The notes: generated from the sequence alone by a model not told the origin. A DNA stretch of 63,992 bases, filler included, from an uncultured Methanosarcinales archaeon (GCA_964434475.1; 5 parts of 5 records of this genome joined end to end with filler, not necessarily neighbours in it); one strand, 5' to 3'; shown: positions 28,274 to 38,477, numbered from the whole stretch's first letter. Program-made: numbers and translations.

Positions 28274-29584
28274 TTATTTTATTTTTCTGCATTCTAAGTA
28301 GAATCTTTTTTCATCAGCTTCTCCCATAGAAAATGTTTTTCTTGGCAAAGCACCGTCTACTATCACTGTCTTAAAAAGCTCATGTTTTGACATAGGCGGC
28401 AGGAAAAATCCCATGTTGTCTTGTTTTTTTCCAAGATCTTTTACAACATCCTCTCCATGGATATAGTCTATGTTTGATTCTTTTCTTTTCAGATAATGAT
28501 CTAAGAAAGCTTGTAAAGTACCAACTTCAAGATTAAATATAGGGTTCTTAATTTTTATTTTTCCTAACTTGTCTCCTGCTACGAAATGTATCATATGCGT
28601 GTTTTCTTCTGGTTTAATCTCTTGTTTTTCTTCGTATAAATCATAGCTGAATTCACAACCTTGTTCTTCATAGTACTTTTTCATGTTTTCAAGCATATTG
28701 TTATAGTCTACATTAAAAACAACCCTGTGTATAGGTTCAAATTCTAATCCTGAGTCGTGCACGTTTACTAATTCAACTAATGCAAATCTTGCCGGATCCT
28801 TCATTGAAGCGCCTTGTTTCTTTTTCTCTTCCCAGATTGCTTTTGCCGTAGCCAATGAATGGTTCCCATCACCCATAGCAAACAACAAAACACCTTTGTC
28901 GCTAACTTGATATTTGTTGTTGAAATTCTCAAGATCTGCTATTTTGCTTAGTTTTTCTGCAACTTCTTTTAATGTATTTTCATCCTCTATTTTATAGCCT
29001 TTTATATGCCCGCTGTCCATCATAAGTTCAAAATCATAAGCTTTTTCCAGATTTTTTTCAAATAACGGTTCTAACACTGTTTTTTCAGGATCATCTATTA
29101 GCACCATAATGTGTGGAGATTCTATAGGGGCATTTTCTCTAATCTTTATCCTTGGCGGCAGTCTTTCTACAATTGTTTTTTCTGTTGCTCGTATTAATGT
29201 CTGTGAGCCTTTGCTGTAATCATATTTTTCAAGGTCTAAAGCAACAATTAACCCTTTTCGGGATTCAACCTGTGATGTTTTTCTGTCTACTAGTATAAAT
29301 CCTTTAACATTTTGGAAAACATCATTGTTAAGATAATCTTCCATAATAGAATTAATATTTTCTATCCTTTGCTGAGCTTCATGCTCAGATTCTTCCAAGT
29401 AAACTTCTGGATATATTATGTTTAATGTTGATGGTGAGTCACCTATGTATTCTTTTACTTTTTGCCAGTATTCTGGCTCTGAAGTGTATTGATCACAAGC
29501 GACAACTGTCCATTTCGTCATATCAATGCCTTGTTTAGGCAGTAGAATCTCTGGCACTTTAAGTCCTATATCTTCGAATAGCAT
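28274..29584 (-). CDS. DUF1015-family protein
   Basis: VVACDQYTSEP, IRATE, AMGDGNHSLATAK, IHRV, LPRKTFSMG. Confidence 0.9.
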   Translation of the reverse strand: MLFEDIGLKVPEILLPKQGIDMTKWTVVACDQYTSEPEYWQKVKEYIGDSPSTLNIIYPEVYLEESEHEAQQRIENINSIMEDYLNNDVFQNVKGFILVDRKTSQVESRKGLIVALDLEKYDYSKGSQTLIRATEKTIVERLPPRIKIRENAPIESPHIMVLIDDPEKTVLEPLFEKNLEKAYDFELMMDSGHIKGYKIEDENTLKEVAEKLSKIADLENFNNKYQVSDKGVLLFAMGDGNHSLATAKAIWEEKKKQGASMKDPARFALVELVNVHDSGLEFEPIHRVVFNVDYNNMLENMKKYYEEQGCEFSYDLYEEKQEIKPEENTHMIHFVAGDKLGKIKIKNPIFNLEVGTLQAFLDHYLKRKESNIDYIHGEDVVKDLGKKQDNMGFFLPPMSKHELFKTVIVDGALPRKTFSMGEADEKRFYLECRKIK

Positions 29585-29808
29585 TTTTAGTTTACCTCCA
29601 CGATTTAATATGATGAAGAGGTTTTTGTTTATTTTATTTAAAGCTAATTGTTAGAACTCAATCTTCTTATAAATTCAGCTATGTTCTGAAGAGAAAAGTT
29701 TTCATTTTATTGAGTGTTATAAGATAATATGAAAAAATAACGTTCCTGCTAGGCTGTTTATCATATGGATGTGATTTTTGAAGTAGATTTTACGCTTGAT
29801 AGTAAAAG

Positions 29809-29899
29809 CGCCCCTGCGAAGGATTGAACTCCGGTTTCAAGGTCCGCAACCTCGCGTACTTAATGGCGCTGTGTAACGCATCCACTATACTACAGGGGC
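29809..29899 (-). tRNA. tRNA-Arg(GCG) with 19-nt D-loop intron (29861-29879)
   Basis: Acceptor GCCCCTG/CAGGGGC; anticodon arm CGAGG-TTGCGGA-CCTTG; T-arm CGGAG-TTCAATC-CTTCG; BHB-like GTGG/CCAT with ATG and TAA bulges; 72 nt after splicing. Confidence 0.9.
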
Positions 29900-29974
29900 T
29901 TGTAAATTTGATTGTGGGCTCGACGAACTTTGTTAGGAGACCCACTTTGCGCGCCAGCCGAGCGTAACCGGCTG

Positions 29975-29992
29975 CCACTATACTACAGGGGC
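29975..29992 (-). repeat. Exact 18-bp duplicate of the tRNA-Arg 5' end
   Basis: GCCCCTGTAGTATAGTGG at 29992-29975 and 29899-29882. Confidence 0.95.
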
Positions 29993-30029
29993 ATAAAGAA
30001 ATATAATAATAAATTACTTTTAAACTTAT

Positions 30030-30530
30030 CTAATATCTATACAGGTTAAGCAATGCTTTTATCCTTGTATGCAAATGATGTACATCACTTACAAGCATAG
30101 ACTCAAACTTATTTGTATACATCCTGTATACATATTTATCTATTAATGATCTAAGAAAGTAGAAAATAGGTTTGTTCTCCCATCTTCCTTCGTAATCTGT
30201 TTCAAGGTAGCCGTCGAATATCATCTGTATCTCTGCTTGGTTAAGTTTCATCTTGACACCTTCTTTTTCAACTTCCATCTCTTTAAGATCTTTTATGTAA
30301 AGCCTTATCCTTATCTCGTTTTTTGCGTAATCTGTTGTTTTTTTCCACGGCCTTAGTTCAATCTCTATATCCTTTCCTGTAGGAGTAACTATTTCAACAT
30401 TCTTTTTCTCGAACATGTCATAACCTCTTTCATAAAACCATGACGTTATTGTCCTATATAATTCAGGTACACTGAATAATCCTGTATAATTGAGCCTTAA
30501 TTGATCTATCACTAATTTTTTTTCGCTCAT
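30030..30530 (-). CDS. Conserved hypothetical protein (paralog of the adjacent gene)
   Basis: YTGLFS..LY...WF; KKTTDY; DYEGRW. Confidence 0.8.
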   Translation of the reverse strand: MSEKKLVIDQLRLNYTGLFSVPELYRTITSWFYERGYDMFEKKNVEIVTPTGKDIEIELRPWKKTTDYAKNEIRIRLYIKDLKEMEVEKEGVKMKLNQAEIQMIFDGYLETDYEGRWENKPIFYFLRSLIDKYVYRMYTNKFESMLVSDVHHLHTRIKALLNLYRY

Positions 30531-31072
30531 TGACTATCACCCAGATAATGTTCGTATTCATTGGCTTTTGCTTCCATATCAAGATAATTCTTTATGAATG
30601 CATGAAATTTTATCAATCTGTAATATACTGTATCTCCCCAAAAACTGGTCCATTCTTTTTTTATAACATAGTTGGTATAAAATTTATACAACGCTTTATA
30701 AAATTTTGATTTTTGCCATCTGTTTTGATATTCTAGTGTTATTTCTGCATTGAGTTTAATCTCTATCCTGGCTTTTTGCAGCTTCTTTTTTTTGCCGTCC
30801 TTTATCACTTCTACATCCTTCAGGTCCCAAATGTGAAAACTAACCTTCATGGTTGTCTTGTGAAAATCAGTGACTTTTTTTTCAGCTCTCCAACTTATTT
30901 CAAGCTCTTTTCCAAACGGTCCGCCGGGTTTATGTTTGTATACGTCTTCATGGAACCAATATCTTCTGGATTTAAGCCATTTTACCATGGCTTGATATAA
31001 TCCGTTGAAGTCAAATATTCCTGTATATCTTATGATTGGAACGCTTGGTTCTGCTGCTACTTTTTGGCTCAT
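30527..31072 (-). CDS. Conserved hypothetical protein (paralog of the adjacent gene)
   Basis: YTGIFD..LY...WL; KKVTDF; EYQNRW; stop overlaps the next start. Confidence 0.8.
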   Translation of the reverse strand: MSQKVAAEPSVPIIRYTGIFDFNGLYQAMVKWLKSRRYWFHEDVYKHKPGGPFGKELEISWRAEKKVTDFHKTTMKVSFHIWDLKDVEVIKDGKKKKLQKARIEIKLNAEITLEYQNRWQKSKFYKALYKFYTNYVIKKEWTSFWGDTVYYRLIKFHAFIKNYLDMEAKANEYEHYLGDSQ

Positions 31073-31156
31073 ATAGTGTATAATATATATTGTTCTATTT
31101 ATATACTTTTTGATTTAACGTAAAATTTATAAAATATCTCTTAATTTATATGTACA

Positions 31157-31906
31157 ATGAAAGAAAAAATAATTGTTGGGATTTTACTTTTGGTTTTGAT
31201 TAGCGGCTGTAATATTACTGGTCAATTTTTTAGGAATGAATGTTCTGATTATAATGGAGAAGAGAAAGATGGCTGCTATTATGATAAGGCTATCACTAAT
31301 TTAAAAACAGATTATTGTGATAATATAAACCGCACTTCTTTAAAAGATACGTGTTATGGCGAAATAGCAAAGCTTACCTATAATCTAGATATGTGCAAAA
31401 ATATAGAGGATACAAGAACAAGAGGAAGCTATGAGTATTATTTTGCTCTTAATAATGGCGATAAGGAGCTGTGTGCAAATAATCCTGATCCTTATTGGAA
31501 AGATATGTGTTATAAGGAGCTTGCACAAAGAGCCAAAGATTTTGAGGCTTGCAATGATGTTATTGATGGTCCTTTAAGGATAAGATGCCATTATAACATA
31601 TCTATTAGCACAAGAGACAGCGAAAAATGCGCTCTTATCTTAGATGCGCCAAAGCAAAATGATTGTTATCTTTTCTTTGCATATCATCTTAAAGATAAAT
31701 CTTTCTGCGATAAATATTACGGATCAAGTCTTGATAAGAACGTATGCTACAAAAAGGTTGCAAGGTATGCACAGGATAAGGAGATATGCGAAAATATAGC
31801 TTTTAGTGTGATCAAGCAAGACTGTTATGATATGTTTGATGGAGATAATAATCTTACAGAAAGACAGAAAGATATAAGGGAAAAACAGCTGAAAAAATAT
31901 CAATAA
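31157..31906 (+). CDS. Lipoprotein with Cys-rich ~26-aa repeats
   Basis: Lipobox ISGC; repeated C..I.....D.CY...A. Confidence 0.85.
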   Translation: MKEKIIVGILLLVLISGCNITGQFFRNECSDYNGEEKDGCYYDKAITNLKTDYCDNINRTSLKDTCYGEIAKLTYNLDMCKNIEDTRTRGSYEYYFALNNGDKELCANNPDPYWKDMCYKELAQRAKDFEACNDVIDGPLRIRCHYNISISTRDSEKCALILDAPKQNDCYLFFAYHLKDKSFCDKYYGSSLDKNVCYKKVARYAQDKEICENIAFSVIKQDCYDMFDGDNNLTERQKDIREKQLKKYQ

Positions 31907-32823
31907 AGTTCTTTTATCTCTTTTTTTAATTCTTTCATATCTTTTATCTTGGCTATTTTATTCCTGATTTTTGCGCTGCCTTCAAATCCTTTAAGGAAAT
32001 ATAATGCTTGCTGTTTTGCTTTAGGAAATATTTTTAAGTTATACTTATCGAATAATTCAAGATATTCAAAATACATTCTTATTTTTTGGTTTTTGTTAAG
32101 CTGCTCTAATTTTTTGCCTGTATCAAGGTAATGTCTAATACTTCTAAATATAAAAGGATTGCCTATGGCTGCTCTTCCTATCATTATTGAATTGCAATCG
32201 GTTTCATCAAGCATTCTCTTGGCATAATCTTCATTCCAAATATCTCCGTTGCCTATGACTGGAATGCCTGAATTGTCTTTCAACTCCTTGATGCATCTCC
32301 AGTCAGCTTTGCCTGAATAACCTTGACTCATCGTTCTGGGGTGCAAAGTTATAGCGCTTGCTCCTGCTTTTTCTATCTGTTCTGCTATTTCTATGAAATT
32401 TTTTCTTTTATATCCTGAACGTATTTTAGCAGTTACTGGTCTGTCGGTTAAGCTTACTATCATTTCAATTATATCAAAAACTTTTTTAGGTCTTTTCATC
32501 AGTGCGCAGCCAGCACCCTGTCTTATTATCCTGCTTGCAGGGCATCCTAAATTAAAGTCTATTATGTCACATTTATTATCAACAACCTTTACAGCTTTTT
32601 TTATATTTTCCAGTTTTGTGCCGAACAACTGTATGGCAAACTGCTTTTCTTCTTTAGATGAGTCGATCATCTTTAATGTAGATTTGTTGTTCCTTGCTAA
32701 AGCATTGCAGTTTATCATCTCAGAAAAAGTTATATCTGCACCATATCTCTTGCACATTGTCCTGAATGCTATATCATTTATATCTGCTAGTGGAGCTAGT
32801 ATTATTTTATTTTTGAACACCAT
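31900..32823 (-). CDS. dus: tRNA-dihydrouridine synthase (DusB-like)
   Basis: LAPLA, IQLFG, DFNLGCP, TAKIRSG, HPRT, GNGDI, MIGRAAIGNP. Confidence 0.95.
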   Translation of the reverse strand: MVFKNKIILAPLADINDIAFRTMCKRYGADITFSEMINCNALARNNKSTLKMIDSSKEEKQFAIQLFGTKLENIKKAVKVVDNKCDIIDFNLGCPASRIIRQGAGCALMKRPKKVFDIIEMIVSLTDRPVTAKIRSGYKRKNFIEIAEQIEKAGASAITLHPRTMSQGYSGKADWRCIKELKDNSGIPVIGNGDIWNEDYAKRMLDETDCNSIMIGRAAIGNPFIFRSIRHYLDTGKKLEQLNKNQKIRMYFEYLELFDKYNLKIFPKAKQQALYFLKGFEGSAKIRNKIAKIKDMKELKKEIKELY

Positions 32824-33688
32824 ACTTTTCCAAGAAATTAGTCTGATTTATTAAGTTTATGACTGTTTGTTTCATGCTTTCATATATGTCCTCTATTTTT
32901 TTGTCTGCCCTTATGCAGTATTCATACTTTTTATATTCGCATTCATCCTGACATTCACAGAAATCCACATAACTGGTATGGAGTTTAGCTTTTTGAAGAG
33001 TTTCACAGTCTTTTAACGTATATTCTATGTTTACAACCAATCTTTTTCTTTCTTTTCCAATTATCAGTCTTGATTTTATATCTTCTTTGATCTGTTTAAT
33101 ATATTGCTGATGAAAATTTTCAGCATATCCAGTTCTGATATAATTTTCTATTGCCGCTTTCCATCCTACATCTTTCTCTTCTTTTTCTGACATATACCAT
33201 TTGTTTTTAACGATGCCCTTCATCTCTTCAACGATGTACATCATCAAAAAAGAATCAGTATCTGTTTTATTAGGAAATTTGTTGCATATAGGAAGACTGT
33301 CTTGTTTTAATTCTTTATAGTCACATTTCTCTATAGATTCACAAAAGGATATCTTTTCATAATCTACTATTTTCGAAATGCCTGATTTACATTCCTTCTC
33401 GAGAAATTTAATCTCTATTTCAAGTAGTCTTTTTTGACCTATTTTTTTAATTTCTGATTCTGCACAAGTAATCTTATTCTTTTTTCCAAAGTATTCCTCG
33501 TATAACTTATGAGGACTTTTTTGGGTTATGGGATCTGTTTTCAACCATATTTGAGAAAGAAAATCATTGAAGAAATCCTTGTTTTTATCATATGAATAAT
33601 CACTATATTTAGGATCAAGTTCTGAAAGTATCTCAGGGATTATACTAATCTGAAGGTCAATATATTTATTCAATACTTTAACAGTCAT
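32807..33688 (-). CDS. Hypothetical protein with DUF4032-like motif and two Cys-rich repeats
   Basis: KWYMSEKEEKDVGWKAAIENY; FCESIEKCDYK and FCECQDECEYK. Confidence 0.65.
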   Translation of the reverse strand: MTVKVLNKYIDLQISIIPEILSELDPKYSDYSYDKNKDFFNDFLSQIWLKTDPITQKSPHKLYEEYFGKKNKITCAESEIKKIGQKRLLEIEIKFLEKECKSGISKIVDYEKISFCESIEKCDYKELKQDSLPICNKFPNKTDTDSFLMMYIVEEMKGIVKNKWYMSEKEEKDVGWKAAIENYIRTGYAENFHQQYIKQIKEDIKSRLIIGKERKRLVVNIEYTLKDCETLQKAKLHTSYVDFCECQDECEYKKYEYCIRADKKIEDIYESMKQTVINLINQTNFLEKYGVQK

Positions 33689-33776
33689 AAAACAAGTATA
33701 TTATTTAATTTTTTAAATATTATCTATTGGATTATCCAAGAATCAATTTAATCTGTTTTTTATTTAAAATAAGACA

Positions 33777-35504
33777 TTATCCCTTTCTTTTGAACTTTCT
33801 CTCTAGTTCTTGTTTGGTCATCTTTATCATCGTTGGCCTTCCATGAGGGCATGTATAAGGAACCTTGGCTTTATTCAGCCTTTTAAGCAGATCATACATC
33901 TGCGTATTGCTTAATGCATCTCCTTGCTTTATGCTTGCTTTACAGGCTTTCATTATTAGCATATTTTCTTCTAGGTTATTTAAAGATTTGACTTCATCTA
34001 TAAGGTCAAGTATCTTCTTCTTATCCTGAAGTTTTCCGAGCACAACAGGTAATGTTCTTAGTATAAAACTATTGTGGCCAAATTCTTCTATATCAAATCC
34101 TATGTTCTTGAACTTTTCAATCTTGTTTTGTATTGCTGTAGAATCTTTAGGTTCTAGTTCAAACATTATTGGCTCAAGAAGTTCTTGAATATTGATATTC
34201 TTATTGTGATACATTTCCATGAATCTTTCGTAGTTGATCCTTTCTTCAGCTGCATGTTGGTCTATCAAGAGTATGCCTTCTTCATCTTCTGCAATTATAT
34301 AACAGTTATGCACTTGTCCGAGGATATTATATTTTTGTTCCTCTTCTTCTGTTTGTTGTCGATCTTCTTTTCCTGTATTTATTTCTTTTTCATCAAACTC
34401 AAGTTCTTGCTGCCTGCTCTTTTCAATCTTATATCTTTTCTTGAACTTTTCCCTTTCGAATTTTATGTCGTCGATGAATATCCTTTGCGGTCTATCTGTG
34501 TCTTTAGGCACAAGATTGTCCTTTTCCAGAGCTTCCCCTACTGCTTTCTGTACAGCTTCTTTCATCTCTTGCTCTCTGTTTATTCTTATCTCTTTTTTTG
34601 TAGGATGGACGTTTACGTCTATCAATTTAGGTTCAACGCTTATGTTCAGCACAACAACAGGATGCCTGTGGTTGAATAATAATGTGTGGTATGCATCGTA
34701 TATGCCTGATGTTATGGTGCTGTTCTTAACATATCTATTGTTGACGTATATGCTTTGGTGGGTCTTGTCTGCCCTTGTCAACTTAGGCTTACTTACAAAT
34801 CCCATTATCTCGTAAGTGCCGTCAGAATAGTTTACAGGAAGAAGTTCTTTCGCCGTGTCTTTTCCATATATGTTTATTATGCTTCCCTGCCAGTCGCTTG
34901 TAGAAGGAGCGATGAATATATTTTTGCCGTTGTGCACCAATTTAAAGAATATTTTTGGACTTATCAAAGCATATCTTGATACTATATCTACTATGTTTTG
35001 AAATTCTAGTCTAAAATTCTTCAAGAATTTTTTTCTTGCAGGAACATTGAAAAACAGATCCTTGATTTCTAAGGTAGTTCCGTCCTGATATCCTAACTCT
35101 TTTTCGTTATATATCCTTCCTGCTTCTGCACTGATCTGATAAGCTTCTTTGTCTTTTTTTCTTTTTGTGGTTATTTTGATGTTGCTTATTGCTGCGATGC
35201 TTGCTAACGCTTCTCCTCTAAATCCTAATGTTTTTATCTTGAACAGGTCGTCTTTCTCTTTTATCTTGCTTGTAGCGTGTCTTTCTATGCTTAGTTTTGC
35301 ATCTTCCTTGTCCATGCCTTTTCCGTTGTCTATTACTTTTATCAGGCTGAAGCCGGATTCTTTTATCTCAACACTTATTTTTGTTGCTTCTGCATCTATG
35401 GCATTCTCTATCAGTTCTTTAACCACACTGGCAGGCCGTTCTATGACCTCTCCTGCCGCTATCTTGTTTATCAGTGCATTATCCAGTTTATTGATCGTAG
35501 GCAT
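33777..35504 (-). CDS. mutL: DNA mismatch repair endonuclease MutL
   Basis: IAAGEVIERP, GFRGEAL, DVNVHPTK, DQHAAEERINYE, ACK, CPHGRP. Confidence 0.98.
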   Translation of the reverse strand: MPTINKLDNALINKIAAGEVIERPASVVKELIENAIDAEATKISVEIKESGFSLIKVIDNGKGMDKEDAKLSIERHATSKIKEKDDLFKIKTLGFRGEALASIAAISNIKITTKRKKDKEAYQISAEAGRIYNEKELGYQDGTTLEIKDLFFNVPARKKFLKNFRLEFQNIVDIVSRYALISPKIFFKLVHNGKNIFIAPSTSDWQGSIINIYGKDTAKELLPVNYSDGTYEIMGFVSKPKLTRADKTHQSIYVNNRYVKNSTITSGIYDAYHTLLFNHRHPVVVLNISVEPKLIDVNVHPTKKEIRINREQEMKEAVQKAVGEALEKDNLVPKDTDRPQRIFIDDIKFEREKFKKRYKIEKSRQQELEFDEKEINTGKEDRQQTEEEEQKYNILGQVHNCYIIAEDEEGILLIDQHAAEERINYERFMEMYHNKNINIQELLEPIMFELEPKDSTAIQNKIEKFKNIGFDIEEFGHNSFILRTLPVVLGKLQDKKKILDLIDEVKSLNNLEENMLIMKACKASIKQGDALSNTQMYDLLKRLNKAKVPYTCPHGRPTMIKMTKQELERKFKRKG

Positions 35505-35505
35505 T

Positions 35506-35820
35506 TTATATTTGATATTTTTCTTTTATCTTTTTTAAGCTTGCTAAGACTCCTGATTGATTATGCTCTCTGGTTAAGCCGTTATAGATATTGTTAATAT
35601 CGCCATATATTCCTTTCTCAATTTCATCATGAGTCAATTGAAGATATGGTTCCTTGTTATTTAGTTCTAATATTGTATTTAGTGCTCCATTTAATTCTGC
35701 CTTTAACCCATTTGAGTTCAACTGGTTTGCTTTTGCAATTTCATCTATTGTTATCTCCAATTTTTCTGATGCATGTTTGTTAAATGTTTTCAATATTTGT
35801 TTTTTATCCATACTTATCAC
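35506..35820 (-). CDS. Hypothetical protein between mutS and mutL
   Basis: Fills the mutS-mutL spacer exactly; low GC. Confidence 0.65.
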   Translation of the reverse strand: MISMDKKQILKTFNKHASEKLEITIDEIAKANQLNSNGLKAELNGALNTILELNNKEPYLQLTHDEIEKGIYGDINNIYNGLTREHNQSGVLASLKKIKEKYQI

Positions 35821-38331
35821 CTACATATTAAGCAGTGTCTTTTGCTTGTCTTTTTCATAATCTATCTTTTTGTTTTCCTTTTTTATCTTTATATTTTTCT
35901 TTTTTAGGTCGTTATGTATCTTTTCAGATATCTTGTCATCCATCTCGAGCTGCGTCATTATGTGTTTGCTTCTTGTAATCACATCTTTCGGCAGTCCTGC
36001 AAGTTTAGCCACCTGTATTCCGTAGCTTTTATCTGTACCGCCTTCCAAAAGTTTATGCAGGAATATTATGTTGTCATCCTCTTCTTTGATAGCTATATTG
36101 AAATTCACTACATTGCTGAACTTATCTGCTAACTTGTTCAGTTGGTGATAGTGTGTGGCGAATAATGTTTTTGCGTTCAATGTGCCTGCGATGTATTCAG
36201 CAACAGCCCATGCTATGCTTATACCATCAAAAGTAGATGTGCCTCTACCTATCTCATCCAGGATTATAAGAGAGTTTGATGTTGCGTTGTTGAGTATGTT
36301 GGCTGTTTCGTTCATCTCGACCATAAACGTGCTTTGTCCCATCGTAAGATCATCATACGCTCCCACTCTTGTAAATATCCTGTCTACTATGCTTAGGTTT
36401 GCGTTTGTCGCAGCTACAAAACATCCTATCTGGGCCATAAGCTGTATCAAGGCAACCTGTCTCATGACTGTTGATTTTCCGCTCATGTTAGGGCCTGTTA
36501 TTATCATTATTCTTTTTTTTTCATTTATATCTATGTTGTTCGGTATAAACATGTCTTCGAGCTGTTCTACTACGGGATGTCTGCCGTCCTTTATTATCAT
36601 GATGTTCTCTTCAAACAATCTGGGTTTTGCATAATTGTTGTTGACTGAAACATTTGCAAAACCTAATATTACGTCAAGCTGACCGATCTGTTTTGCAGCT
36701 TCCTGCAATTTTTTGGTAAATTCTTTTATCCTTTCGATTACTCCTAGAAACAAAGTATATTCCATCTCATATATCTTATCCTGTGCATTTAATATCGTGC
36801 TTTCCTGTTCTTTAAGCTCAGGTGTTATGTATCTTTCAGCATTTGTCAATGTCTGTTTTCTTACATAATATTCTGGCACCAGTTTTTTGTTTGTATTGCT
36901 CACTTCTATATAATATCCAAACACTTTATTGAAACCTACTTTCAGTGAGTTGATGCCTGTCTTTTTTCTTTCCTGCTCTTGTAATTTGGCAATCCATTCT
37001 TTTCCTCCACTTCTTATATCTTGGAGTTTGTCAAGTTCCTGGCTATAGCCTTTCCTGATAATATTTCCTTCTCTTAATGAAAAACCCGGCTCTTCTTTTA
37101 CCGCACTTTCGATAAGTTCTTTTATCTCTGAAAAATTGTTTATCCTTTTTCCTGTCAATTCAGAATCAAGTTCAGACAATTGGGAATTTATTTTAGGTAT
37201 TACAGATAGAGATCTTTTAAGGCTTATCAGGTCTCTTGCATTGGCATTTCCGTAATTAATTCTGCTTATCAGCCGTTCTATGTCTTGAACATTATTCAGT
37301 ATATCTCTTAATTCCTGTCTTTGAAAATTTTTCTTCATGAGTTCATCAACAGCATCTAGTCTTTTGTTTATAGAATTAATATCAAGTAAAGGCCTTAACA
37401 GCCATGACTTCAACAATCTTGATCCCATAGGCGTTATTGTATTGTCCAGCACAGACAACAAGCTTCCTCTTTTTGAGTTGTCCCTTATATTCTGTACAAG
37501 TTCCAGGTTGCGTTGGGTGCTTGAGTCTAATGTCATGAATTCATTCACGAAAAAAGGCTTTATTGTATTGATATAGTCCAAAGAATTCTTTTGCGTATCC
37601 TTAAGATAATTCAATAAAGCTCCTGAAGCGTTTATCGCCAGACTATTTATCTTCAAACCAAAACCTTCCAAGCTTACTGTATTAAAATGTTCTAGAAGCG
37701 ACTGGTTGGCATTGCTCAATTTAAAATGTCTGTCGTCATAGCTGTTGACAAAACATTGCAGCTTATCTACGAAATCCTTGTTTACATTTAATGAATAAGG
37801 TATAAGGCATTCGCTTGGATTAAACCTTTGCAGTTCGTTCATAAGCTTTTCTTCAGATTCCAATTCAGAACAATAAAAGCTTCCTGTGCTTATATCTACT
37901 AATGCTATGCCGAACTTATCAAGATAAGGATATACTGATGCAAGATAATTATTGGATCTTTCATCTAACATAACAGAATCTATCAATGTTCCAGGAGTTA
38001 CTATCCTAACAACCTCTCTTTTAACAATACCTTTTGCTTTCTTCGGATCTTCTACTTGTTCACATATTGCAACCTTATGACCTTTTTTTACTAATTTTGC
38101 AAGATATGGCTCTAATGCGTGATAAGGGATTCCTGCTAAAGGAGCTTTTGATTCTCCTTTCCCTCTTGCAGTCAATGTGATTTCTAGCTCTTTTGCAGCT
38201 TTTTCAGCATCTTCGTAGAACATCTCATAGAAATCTCCCATCCTGAACATAATTAAACAATCAGGATATAATTTCTTATTATGCATATATTGCTGCATTG
38301 CTGGTGTTAATTTCTTGGGATTGAGACTCAT
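35821..38331 (-). CDS. mutS: DNA mismatch repair protein MutS1
   Basis: TPAMQQY, FRMGDFYE, TGPNMSGKST, STFMVEM, DEIGRGTST, SYGIQVAKLAG. Confidence 0.98.
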   Translation of the reverse strand: MSLNPKKLTPAMQQYMHNKKLYPDCLIMFRMGDFYEMFYEDAEKAAKELEITLTARGKGESKAPLAGIPYHALEPYLAKLVKKGHKVAICEQVEDPKKAKGIVKREVVRIVTPGTLIDSVMLDERSNNYLASVYPYLDKFGIALVDISTGSFYCSELESEEKLMNELQRFNPSECLIPYSLNVNKDFVDKLQCFVNSYDDRHFKLSNANQSLLEHFNTVSLEGFGLKINSLAINASGALLNYLKDTQKNSLDYINTIKPFFVNEFMTLDSSTQRNLELVQNIRDNSKRGSLLSVLDNTITPMGSRLLKSWLLRPLLDINSINKRLDAVDELMKKNFQRQELRDILNNVQDIERLISRINYGNANARDLISLKRSLSVIPKINSQLSELDSELTGKRINNFSEIKELIESAVKEEPGFSLREGNIIRKGYSQELDKLQDIRSGGKEWIAKLQEQERKKTGINSLKVGFNKVFGYYIEVSNTNKKLVPEYYVRKQTLTNAERYITPELKEQESTILNAQDKIYEMEYTLFLGVIERIKEFTKKLQEAAKQIGQLDVILGFANVSVNNNYAKPRLFEENIMIIKDGRHPVVEQLEDMFIPNNIDINEKKRIMIITGPNMSGKSTVMRQVALIQLMAQIGCFVAATNANLSIVDRIFTRVGAYDDLTMGQSTFMVEMNETANILNNATSNSLIILDEIGRGTSTFDGISIAWAVAEYIAGTLNAKTLFATHYHQLNKLADKFSNVVNFNIAIKEEDDNIIFLHKLLEGGTDKSYGIQVAKLAGLPKDVITRSKHIMTQLEMDDKISEKIHNDLKKKNIKIKKENKKIDYEKDKQKTLLNM

Positions 38332-38477
38332 AATTTTTTGTTTAAATAAATGATATATATAAATTATTAAAAACTATAATATATTCTATTTATCATATGT
38401 TTTTAGGAGTTGCTTTTTGACACTACCTAGTAACTAAAATACACAAGTTTTTTAAATAAGTGTTATTTAGCACACTC

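Noticed and set aside
29790..29978. 62-aa ORF
   Set aside because: Overlaps the tRNA-Arg gene; spurious
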